DNA of 64,000 bases, taken from assembly GCA_028023455.1 (NCBI GenBank), contig JAQFVV010000003.1:11222001-11286000 (forward strand), read 5' to 3'. The notes under the pieces were generated by a model that made no database searches, was not told the DNA's origin, and worked only from the letters and a program-made list of their open reading frames with translations. The position numbers and the translations under genes were made by a program. This document shows, one piece after another, positions 51,980 to 64,000 of this stretch. This DNA is from Epiperipatus broadwayi (lineage: Eukaryota; Animalia; Onychophora). The stretch's first letter is position 1. Each line of letters begins with the position of its first letter.

Positions 51980-52690
51980 CATATGCGTATGACAATCCTA
52001 ACCAAGTGTTTATAATCATTAAAAAATTGAAGAGATCAAAAATCTATAAATAATGAACAGATAATTTAAGCAAGCAAATTGGCTTGAAATCAAAACATTA
52101 AGATGCTTTTAAATTTCAGGCTGGTTGTTTGATAATAAAAAGAAAAAAGTGTATTACATCCTAAAATTTCACTAAAACCAAACTCAAAATTTCTTGATGA
52201 AACCATAAACTAAAAACGGGTCTAGAATTTGGATAGATCAATGCTAGATAAGGATTTATTAAACATTATCATCAGTCTTCTATTGATTATTTAATCTTAT
52301 ACAAAATAATAGAATTGGAGTGGGAAGAACAGATTTACTTCTTTAAAATATTCTGTTCTGTTGGTTTTATAACAATCCTAGCAAGATGTTAAAAACTGAG
52401 AACACCAACACATATAGATAATAAACTGATATCAGAATGATATAATTACACAGGTAAATTGGCTTATATTCAAAACAATAAGATGTTTTTGAATTTTAGG
52501 CTAAGATAATTGTTGGAAGAAAGGTGTCCTAGATTTAGACCCAAACTTATTTATAAAAGACAAACTAAAAATTAGTTCCAGACATATAGATAAGATAGTG
52601 TTAGATAAAGATGTATTAAGCATTATCATCTGGTGATATTGCTTATTCAGTTTTACACTAAATGGAAAAATGGAGTAGGAAAAATAGATA
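51980..52690 (+). repeat. Old two-copy ~390-bp tandem duplication
   Basis: Shared anchors acaatccta, aaattggctt, caaaaca.taagatg.tttt.aattt.aggct, tagataa.gat.tatta..cattatcatc. Confidence 0.7.
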
Positions 52691-54237
52691 AGGCCAAGAT
52701 ATAAAATTAGAATTAATCAATTCTCAATTTTAAATTTCCAGTGATAAGCCAGTTAAAGTTTAAAAGCCTTTTGACATAATAGTATATCTACCTGTAATGT
52801 CCATGACCTAGGATCAAGTTGGCACTTTTGAAAATATTTTCAGCTCATAATTAGGCTTAATAATTTTCTTTTTAGATAGTTAGCCATAACTAGTTCAGCT
52901 AACCATTCACTATTTATTAGTAAATGGGTATCTGAATTCTATTAGTTAGAGTAAAGTTTCCCAACCTAAGGTAAAAGTATCCTCAAAAATATAAATAGAA
53001 CATTTAGGGGTAAATTAAAATACTAAATAATGGAGGGAGAAGGCAGATTTTTCAATTAATTAATAGTGTTTTTGCATAAAATTTAATAGACTTGCCCTTT
53101 ATGATGTAAAGCAGTTGTAGAATGGTCAATTATAAAACTCAAGGTACATGGATTTGGCTCTAACTATGTCATTTTCTGATACAAACTTTTTATGAACTGA
53201 GAAAAAAAAGCATTTGGCTATTTATTTTAGCATGCCTTTTAAATTTTGAATGTAAATATATACATTTACTGCCTGTTTATCTTAATATTCCATTGCTTTT
53301 TCATCTTATTATTAGACTATTTGCTTACAGTTTCAAAATATAATTTTGAACTAATTGCATTTATATTTTAATGACAAACTTTTTGCTAGTATGTTAGGTA
53401 CAATTTATGGATATGTACTGACAAAATATGAACAAATAAAAAAAATATTTAGAACACTTGAGCTGGAATAAATGAATGATGATTATTGACTGTAAAACAA
53501 AATGAGGAAATATTAGTAATATAATGTGACTAGGAAGTGTCATAGTTCTATGAGTGCCAACTCCATGATTCACTTATCCTCCTCATTTTACCTATTAATA
53601 TAGTAATAGTACTTTACAACTTTTAATTAATGAGCCTATTCATCCCCTATGAATCAAGATAATTGCACTGAATCTGTTATCAGCTTAATGATTCATGGAT
53701 CTAGAGGATGTTTAATGGTTGCTTATTTTTACTAAATGTCCATCTGATTCATGATACAAAAACCAAAAATGTTTTATTTTTTGTAATGCATTACATGACA
53801 ATGTTCTTGTAAAGAATAATTGATTGGTAGGTGTATTGCATTATGAAGTTTCCAAAATCCAAATAAACACAATCTCTAAATATACTCTATATGAATTTTC
53901 CCTAAATAATATGTGATTAACTGTATGCGTAGCAGCAAAAATAGTAAAATAATACACCCTTAAAATGTTCATCACAATTAGGTGGTTCCACATAAAATTG
54001 CTTTTAATTAACCAAAACATTATGCATGTATGTGAATATACAATAAGGTTGTACAAGCATAAATGCTCGAATTAAACTTCCCTTATTTTATCTATTGTAT
54101 GATATTATCTAATTAACTATAAAACTGTATTAAGGAAAAATTAAAGTGGGTAAAAAAAAGATAATTAGAGTTGTTTCTATCACCATCTAATAAACAAATA
54201 GATAAAAGAATCTGGATATCATGTAATATTTGAACAT

Positions 54238-54482
54238 TAAAACAGGCAAAACTCCCCATACTGTAGTGCCACTCAGTGCAAGCCAGAATAATCAATGGAT
54301 GCCAGAGGGCTTGTGCATAAAATCCCTAGCTAAAAAATCCAATATCTCCAGATTAGTTTCTAGCTTGTGGCATCCATTGATTACTCTGCACTGAATGGCA
54401 CTACTGTATGGAGAGTTTTGCCTCTTTTAATAACAGTTACGAGCAAGCATAAGAAATGGTGATCATGTGATGTTTAGTGGTT
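54238..54482 (-). mobile_element. Hairpin-ended short retroposon, copy D (complete hairpin)
   Basis: 14-bp TSD taatatttgaacat (54224-54237, 54483-54496). Arms 54237-54303 and 54368-54430, ~64-nt loop, plus a ~50-nt unique tail. Confidence 0.85.
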
Positions 54483-55336
54483 TAATATTTGAACATCAGA
54501 AAAAAGATATTAAGCTGTCCAGAAATCTTTAGCTCTTGTAATTTACACTTTATCAATGTGCTAAACTGTACAGGGCTAACCTTAAATGAAGTCTTGTATA
54601 TGATGAACAGAAGTCAAAATCAATGTGATGCCATATCTTAATAAAAATATCATTATTATCACATCAGTTTGAGTACTTAATAATTCTGCAATAACAGTAA
54701 ATTATAATGTCATAATTTTTTTTTCTTATTATTTTGAATTACACACAGAATTTTCTAGAAGAAAATATTTGCAAGTATAATTAATTACTTCTAGTCAAAG
54801 TTTAAACATGAAGTAGAAATAAAATTAAGAAAAAAAATAAATCTGATATATTATAGAAGTCAATTAGAAAATCAGTAGGAAAAAATATTTAAACCTCTGG
54901 TCATGATTTTATATATATATAATGCTTAAGGCTGCTATGTTGTGATAGCTTATTAAATCAGCCCTTCTTATATATTCAAATGGACTCTCAATGAGAAGAA
55001 ATTTCAATTTTTTAATGTAAATTTATACATATTTTAAAACGATTTACAAGGGAGAAGGTTTTTTTTTTAATTACATACTTTAATTAGATGTATATTATAC
55101 TATAATAATGGAAAATTTTTATAATAATATTTTAATGTTACCAGTTTCTAGTGGAATTAAATTCAATAGCATAAAATCTTTTATAATGTGTTCATCTTAA
55201 AGTTAAATATTTAGATTTTCATTTCCATCACAGAATCAAGAAGCTTAGTATGCTGAAGGATTATCTAAATTTTAAAAAATTTTCATAAAAGATTTCCAGC
55301 TGCTTTTGAAAAAAAAAGAACTACACTACCAATTGT

Positions 55337-55395
55337 GCAGTTTAGTATAGTGGTAGAGTTATGAACTCATGACCTAAAAATCCCTAGATCGAGGT
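55337..55395 (+). pseudogene. tRNA(Met)-like decayed sequence (pseudo-tRNA or SINE head)
   Basis: A-box-like TAGTATAGTGG, anticodon-loop-like CTCATGA, and GATCGA at the T-loop position. The stems no longer pair. Confidence 0.35.
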
Positions 55396-58300
55396 TTAAT
55401 TTATCCTTTCAGATGTTTGAACAGCATATAATTCCAAACAATTAATTATTTAATCATTGTTCAAGTACCACATTTATCATCATCAAAGATAAATGACTCT
55501 TTTGAACTAGTTAAAACTAATGTGCCCATAAAGTTTTGAATACAGCAACAATTAAAAATAAATGTGCCCTTCAATTTTGACGATAAGAAGCATTTATATC
55601 TAAGTTTCTTAACTTTAAAATACTATTGTGCAATCAATTCTTTCAGCAGAATATATAATATGTATGACCGTTAATTTATTATTTATAAAAAATGCTCAAA
55701 TAACTTTCATATATTAATAATATTTAATTTTCATAAACAATAACACTGCACTTTTTATATAACAGAAACAAATTAGTAAGCCCATTGCCTAAAAAAATAC
55801 GTTGAAAAAAGTTTCATGCATTAATAATATTAAATGCTCATAAGATTGATAATATATTTTTTTAAATAATAGAAAACAGGTTAGCAAGTCATTGATTAAT
55901 TTGTTCCTGAATTTCATGCTTTTTTTCACATATTTATCTTTATAATGATATTAAGTCAATTTCTATTTATTTCCTTAACAGTATTTATTTTCAAGCTTTT
56001 CAAATTTTAATAATCATATAGGTTTCTAGAGTAGTCTTTATATTTTTGTTCATGACAGAATCTCTTAGAATTTCAAGAATGCTAATCAATCGAGTCTGCC
56101 ATTGAAAAACACGTTCAAACACTTTGAGTGAAGACAATTGATTTACTGATTTGAAATAACATAATAACAATGATGATGATGATAAAAATAATTCTTCATT
56201 CAATTTATTTAAATCAATATATTTTACAAGCATATAAAAAAAACCTAATTACAGAACACAATATTAATAATAAACAAATAAAAAAATAAAAATAATATAT
56301 ATATATACGAATACAGAAATATATTACATTGTTCATATATATTAATTACTATTAATAATAGTTACTTTTAATGACATATAGCAATTATAATCTTTAAATT
56401 ACTATCTGTGAATGAACAACACTGATTGATAATCTTTTGATAAATGATAAATCTATAATGATGAATATCAATGAATAAATGATTATTCCTACTTTAGTTT
56501 TAAAAAATCTTAGAGCAATTGAATCCACTTTAAAGTATCTATTTACTTTAATTCTGACGTTTTTGTTAATATATGAAGAGCGAGTAATTGTGAAAATCAT
56601 TCTTTTGTACTGATTACAACTGACAAACAGGGATAATTATAGAAAAGTATAATTTAATGATTTCATTCTAACAAATAATATCACATCTGTTTTCAAAATT
56701 ATTGTTTCATACTTAAAGAAAACACATCTGCATGTATGTTCAAATATTTTAAACTACAGGTTTAAAATATGCACTAATTATAAGGAATGCAATCATTTAT
56801 TTTTTAAAAATAAAATATTTGAGGTTTATGCAAAACATAATTGGTTAAAGAAAATAATAACAAATCACCAAATATTCAATTTGATAGAAGATAAAAGCAG
56901 CTCTCCATTTTATTGAATTCTACTGCATTTTTGAATAATCAGTGATTAAATATCACCACTTTGATTATTGAATTATGGAATTTGCCTTTATCCATTAATG
57001 AGATCTTGGATTCAAAATTGGTATATAGATATGGAATCAACAATCACCCTTAACTTCACTTCGCCTACCAAGCTAAAAAAAAAAAAAAAACTAGAAATTC
57101 AAATCAGCTTAAGATCTTGAACCGAAGTCAACCTTCTTGAATAGTTATACAAATCTGAAACAAGTTCAGTAATTACATATTTTAATGCCTTGTTCTACTC
57201 TTTGTTAACTATAGGCACTTTATTTCCTTAGTTAGGAATGCTAATAATGATAATTCATTAAACATCTTTAACACAAACAATATAAAATAAAAGCTGCACT
57301 CTACTTTATTACCATCTAATGTAAGCTTAAGTATTTAATGATTACCAGATGCTTATAAATTACCTATGTTTAGTATTTGAATATCATGTTCCAGGGTAGT
57401 TCTAGTTTTTGCCTTCATCAATGATGATGTTCTGATATTTAAAATTGAAAGCAATACAAGAATGCACTGAAGGAGTGCAGAAATGCATCTAATAACTGCA
57501 TTTAATCCTAGCCTAAAATCTTGAATCCAAGTACAGATTTATATAATCATTCAAGCAGTTTTGCAAGGGTTCAAAATCTTAGACTGATTTGAATTTCAAG
57601 TTCTTTTAGCTTGACAAGTAAAGTGAAATTAAAAATGGTTGTTAGCTTATTTGCAACTTTGAATCTCATGCATCATCAATAAAGTCAAAAGCCAGAATTG
57701 ACACAAATACTAAAAATAGGGATTTTATATTCATTTAGTAATCATTGATTAATCAAGATTACGCTAAATAGCAGTAAAATAGAGTTGATTTTGTTTAAAA
57801 AAAGTAAGAACATTTCTTCTCTTAGTAGTATAGACATGAAGATTTAAATTAAAACACAAAATTAGAAGATAATGACTAAGACATGTGAAGCAATTAAAAA
57901 ATATGTTTAAAAAGTATTCTATAAAAAGAGTTCATATCCCCCCCCCCCTATATTTGATTATACATATATCTAAATAAATAAACACGTTTGTTAAGATTCT
58001 CTTCCAGCAATAGAGGAATAGTGAGATTAAAGAATTAAGAATTATGATAATATTTGCAGGCACTATTGATTTAAGTTAAATTTATGTACCAATATTAGAT
58101 GTTCTTTAATATAAGTATTTTATTGCTTAGTATTCCTAATAAACAGGTAAGCAACAAGTAATTTTTGATAACAGATATAGGAACAACCCACTAGATATAT
58201 GTTTTAGTAATTTAATTTATTAGATTTATCATGGTATTCATAATATTAAGCAACAAAGCATAAATTGTTCAACATATAACAACAGCATTTGCTAACTAAA

Positions 58301-61300
58301 TCAGATATCTGACATAAACTAAAAAGGAACAGATAATCAATTTTTTGGCAATTAAAAATGTGATGCTAATCTTTATTTTGAGACATTTACTGAAATACCA
58401 AGAAAAGCACTGAATGAAAAATCAAAAAAAAAAAAAATAAAACTCTTCCATCTTTTTCAAACATTCAGAATTGATTAAATATTTGAAAATTTTCAATGAA
58501 AAATATAACCTCCACATAAGGATTAGCTTAGATGATTACTCCAAGATAAAATCAAAACAACTCTTGATTTGATAAATAAAAATAACATAGAGATTGAGAG
58601 GTGAGTGTATTTTTTCTAATATTTTTATTAATCAGATATTCTAAAGAACTTGTGCATGATGCAGATGATGAGCTAGTATAAAATCAGGATCTGTATTAGC
58701 AATTCCCAAATAACCAGATCAACCATTGCTTTAAAACTGAATTGCATAATAAATTATTCTATAAGCTTCATTAGTCTTACATAAAAAGGAGCTTTTTGCA
58801 CTTTAAATTTAGAAAAGAGCTATTTTTCCTTTGATAGTATAATGATCACAAAAGATTTTAGGATATACTTCTTCATAAAGTTTTGCTAGAATGAACCTAA
58901 AAGACAATTAAAAATGAATCCTTAATAGTAATTAGTCTCGGATCTTTTAAATTTCATGTTTAGTTTAAAAAATAACTATTTAAAAATGATTGGCAGATTT
59001 TTTTTCTAAAAGATATTTAGTTAAAATGTATCCAGAGAGAATGTATGAAAATGCATATTCAAAGAATATATAAACAGAAGCAGATATAAAGTTAGTTGTT
59101 AGTACAACATATGTTTAAGTAGTTTACTCCATAATGTAATTTCTATTTTAAAATTTATGATACTGATTGATGGCATGGTGGTCATTAAAGAAGTTAGAGA
59201 TCCCTGCTTTATGAAATTTTTTTAAATCCTATATCTGAAGTAAATATGATGTTGGATACTTTATTGAAGATCTAAACAAATATTTTTAAGAATACAATAT
59301 TTTATAATTCATTAAATTGTCACTTTATCTTTCAAAAGGAAATTTTATTCACAAACCATAAGAATCATTTATAAAAAAAAAGGGCATTTACATATCAATC
59401 TCAAAGGAGACCAATCAACAAAATCAGAGGTTACGCTAGTATATATAAACAAAAAACAATTAATTTCATATCAATTACATTAAGACATTGGTTATCACCA
59501 GAAATTGAAGACATATAACTTCCCATTCCAGAAATCATAGTAGTGGCCCATTTACATTAATCTGATCATGTATATCACATATATGATGGTGTTAGTCAAT
59601 TCAAGCACATATAAGTTGGTTTAATTTATGAACATGTGGACAATGATTAAAACCATATTTGGCCATTTAGTCTATAGAGTTTTATCTTATCAAGTGAAGA
59701 GCATTTCCAATGTTTCTGTGTGAGTTAATTTAACATTTTAAATATTGAAAGATTAATCATTATGAATTATATATAAAAATCATACACTTTACTTATAGAT
59801 CATGAGGTTAGCCAATCCAATATAGGGATTGCATTGATAAAAATTACTTAAAAGCAGGTTTTCATAGAAATTGTCACTTTGTCATATATTTATGAACAAA
59901 TTTATTGTTTTGGTTATCTCATCAATTAACAAAAGAATAGTAAATAATGATACAGTATTTTGAATACCTTTCATATGAGTTTTAACATGATATATAGTTA
60001 GACTTCCCCATCTCCCAAAATAAAGGCAAATTTGATTGACTGTGTTTCACACCTTCTATGTAATGCACAAAGAAAAAGCAGAGACAAAAATATAATAGTA
60101 AGTTCAATGAAAATGTATGAGATTTTCTCAACTTAAAAAAAAAAAAAGAAATCAAATAGTTGGAAGCAAGTCATAATTCATAAATTTTGAGCTCCAGACT
60201 TTGACCATTTTACCAGTACATCAAATCATACAGAGAATCTTCTCATCTTAGAGATTTGTATAAAAAAATTTATTTTGACAAAATATTAATACTGCATCAT
60301 ACCGATTTAAATTGATTTAAAAAATACTAAAATAAATGCTAAATAAAAAGCATTTACTGGGGAATAATTAACTGATCAATTATAAACAATGGATTTATAC
60401 TAAACGAACTATGACCTTATTACATAAACTGTATTTTGTTTAAAGAAGCTTCATTTGTAAATATTATACCAAAACTATATATCTGTAAATGCAATACAGA
60501 GAGCGTACCAATAGCTAAATATTCAAATTTCTGTTAGATATAAAAAGTAAATAAATTATGTAGATAAAATTAAAAATACAGAACTATTGAAAGGCTTTAA
60601 AAAATTAAAGAAATATATCTGGATAGACCTTATTCTTAAAGATAGAGATATTTTGAACATATATATAGAAAGTATTTTTAAAAAAACCAAAAAAGGAAAT
60701 AAAAATCTTGATTAAAATAATAAGAAAATAAAAATGATTAAAAGATGTTAATTATTTGTTTGTATTTAAATGTGAAATAAGACTGAATTTTATGTAAAGA
60801 GAATTGTATAAGAATACTTTGCAGTTAAATGAAAGTAATTCAATGTATTATGACTGAAGATGTATAAAATGGAGGGGGAAAGGAATTTTATATTTGAGGC
60901 TAGAAAAAAAATAGATTGTATAGTAATGAATAAAAAATGTAAAACAATTTTGGAATATATAGCTTTTGTAGAAAAAAAGAATAGTGGAAGGAAAAATTTG
61001 GACAATATATTAACAAAGATGTGATTCTGGAAAAGGATAAGATATCAAAATAAGTATCTGCCCTTCTGTAACTCTAGCATCATTTATTCTAAATCCAAAT
61101 TATCAATGATTATCAGAAAGTAGTACAATTTCTCCAAATCTGATTGTTGAATTTTGATTCCATCAATTAATTAATGACTTAGGATCCAAAGCTACAACCA
61201 AATGCTCGTTAGTATAATAAGCTTGATTATCAATTTATATAATGTTGGTATTAATATTCCTAGTTGAAATGAAAAAGATACTAAAAGTTAAAATAGAACT

Positions 61301-64000
61301 AAGGCTAATAAAATATATAGTCAAAATGATTTGCCATGTCAGATCTATACAGTTATACAGTTTGGTTTGAGTTCATTTCAAGCAACTTATCATAGTAAAT
61401 GGTGAATACCAAATGCATAATTGTATTGAATTATATTGCTTTTGGTTTTGAATTCCAAGTCTTCATTGATAAAGGTAAAGATCAAAACATCACCTAGTGA
61501 TAGGAATTAACTTGAATTACCATTGATAACTATTGATAATTCAAGCTGATGATTGATAGCACTAGAATAAAGAGAAAATACATATTCTTATAAATATAGT
61601 AAGCTCTGAGAATTAAATAATGTGATATTGCTAAATTATTAAGGTATGCATTAAGGTTGACAATAAAAAAAAAACAAGAGAAAAATAAAGTACATATAGG
61701 AAATCAAGAAGGTAAGTTTGGAAAACTTGGCAAAAGAAGCAAAAGATTATTGTTATTAACATTCCTAAATTGATTCATTGATCCATTATATATTATCAGA
61801 AGTTTGTCTTGTTATATTGCATAAAATCTTTCTGGAAATGATAATTTAATTTTTTGCATGAATAAAAATAATTTGCTATCTTAACCAAAAGTTCATCAAA
61901 ATGAAGATTGGTTTCTATGTGAAACAAGTTTTTACACATATTAATCCATTCTATTTGCAAAGAGAGACTGTCATCCATCCACCCAATATGAAACAATGAT
62001 TTCTAATCAAGCAAGCATGAGCTGCATTAATTTATTTTTTCAATGTATTAATAATACAATTATTTTTATATAATAGGCCTTTTTTACTTGCCACATATAA
62101 AAAATTGCATACCTTTCAAATATATATTAAACGCATTGCAAAATACCCACAATTCAAAATTTTAGCAATTTAAAAATAAATTGAGTTTAACAAAAGTTAA
62201 TTAAAAAATCTATTATGTTTCACAATTTATTAGAAATTTTCTTTTTTAAAAATAACATTAAAAAAAAAAAACTCTCACAATACAATACAATATCTACAAA
62301 TTCTAAATTAAGATTAAAAAAAAAAAACCATTCATCATTTTGAATACATTTATATCTATCTATACAGCAAAATATACATTAATTAATCTAAACAACCTTC
62401 ATTTTTAACAAGAGCTGCTCTAGTACTATCTATAGTAACCTTGTTTGCAATATACTGCAATAAGATTGACTAATCAAACGATGTTAAATTGCTTCACTTT
62501 TATTTAAGAATACATCAGCTTAAGAGATAGTACTATTAAAAATAAATGTTTTTAACTCTTAAAAATCAAGTATTGGTAGAAATAAATTAATTTAATTATA
62601 TTCTTTAAAATCTATATATATAATTGAATGGATCATTACTCACGGAGTAATAAGAGGTTTGAATATCAGAAATGACAGAATTTAGTCAGTTCTCAAGTTT
62701 GCCATTCTGTTATTACACTAAACTATACATGACATCTGTTATATGATACCTGCAATGCAGGCTTTATAATTTTTAAATAACTCTTGTTAAAGGTCATTAT
62801 AATCAAACACTAAAAAACACTTTGTAATAGTTTTGATCAGCAATTCAACTCTTAATAAATCAGACAGCATGAAAAACAGATTTTAAATCAGTTCCTAACT
62901 ATAGGTCATTCTCACTAGAGATCTCACTTGTATATAATTATCTAACAATTATTTTGACTTGAAAATTTCAAGCATACAGAAATCACATATTATTTATATT
63001 TTCTTGGCTAAGATCAGAGGACCTTCTCCAACAAGATGTAAAAAATATAAATAAAATAATCTTTTTTTTTAAAAAAAAAATAACAAAAAGTTTAATGACA
63101 TACATACATAATCACAAATTGAAAATACTAAGCTATTTCTGTTAACTAATGAAATGTTAAAATGGCACGAGTATAAAACCATAATTTCAAAATATCTACC
63201 TTCTCATTAACTTTTTACAATTCAACAAAGCTAATTTATATACATGTATAAAAAGGAAATACACATATATAATCACAATTACTTTAATACATCAATAGAA
63301 AGATTAGTTTTCATTAGAAAATAGCCTGATAATCTGGCATTATTTTCAGATGAAAACCAGTCCTCAGGTTGAAATATTAAAAAGTTATCTAGATAAATAA
63401 TAGTACTTCATTTACATATATATTTACCTTTATATATATATATATATTTTCTTTAGTTAGATTTTATATATTTCTATATACATATATAACATCCTCATTA
63501 TGTTGAAGCAGTCTTAAATAGTCTATTGAAAGTTGTCTTTTTGCAGAAGAAAGTGAAAAGCAGGTCAGGGAATAGCTATTTATAAGAGTTTTTGTGTTTT
63601 TCCTGCCTTGGTTTACTTGACAAATAATTATAAAAGTTTGAGAATGAAAATATCTATCAAATAAAAATAGTAGGTAATAATCCTAGTTCTGATCATAAGT
63701 CCTCTGACTTCATATTTTACTTTTAACATTTCAATAATTGCTTCAAAAAGAAACTTAGTTGAATCTCATATTTATGATATTAATTCATATTTGGCTTAGT
63801 AGATGTTTCTTGATAATATTTTAATTGTTTATATTGTATTATACTAATGTAGATAGGCAGTTAAGAAAATACAGAAATAGCCTGATAAACAGATAAAATG
63901 ATGGATATTTTTTAAAAATCCATATTGCATGTAATATTTATATATGCATGTGTAATATTGAATATATATATATTATTTATATAAGTAATAAAAAAATATA

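Noticed and set aside
57364-57512. 149-bp minus-strand open frame with AG/GT ends (LGLNAVIRCISALLQ...)
   Set aside because: Its core is an inverted homolog of ~61430-61495, where the equivalent frame has a stop. It is more likely a dispersed repeat than an exon.

Overview
AT-rich (roughly 70% or more by eye), CpG-depleted eukaryotic DNA. The repeat content suggests an invertebrate animal genome, but the taxon cannot be determined from the sequence. The window is a layered transposon graveyard with no intact host gene I can identify. Supported content: RTE-clade LINEs (a younger frameshifted copy at 33.9-36.2 kb, an older near-complete copy at 1-2.6 kb, and several fragments); two copies of a divergent L1/Tx1-like LINE with a YMDD catalytic motif; at least five decayed Penelope-like (RT/GIY-YIG) loci, one of them a 3 kb head-to-head inverted pair; Ty3/Gypsy and possible DIRS remnants; Tc1/pogo-type and piggyBac-type MITEs; and a ~1 kb nested foldback palindrome. 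The most interesting unexplained structures are: (1) a 0.56 kb insert with an 18-bp TSD, ~80-bp inverted repeats and a hammerhead-like core; (2) a four-copy retroposon family with 13-15 bp TSDs whose fixed end is a ~65-bp-stem hairpin rather than a poly(A) tail; (3) a CpG-retaining 18.2-20.1 kb region where two homologous, divergently oriented ATG-plus-splice-donor segments flank two minisatellite arrays. No CRISPR, rRNA or intact tRNA gene was seen. All calls come from manual reading; coordinates of decayed elements are approximate.
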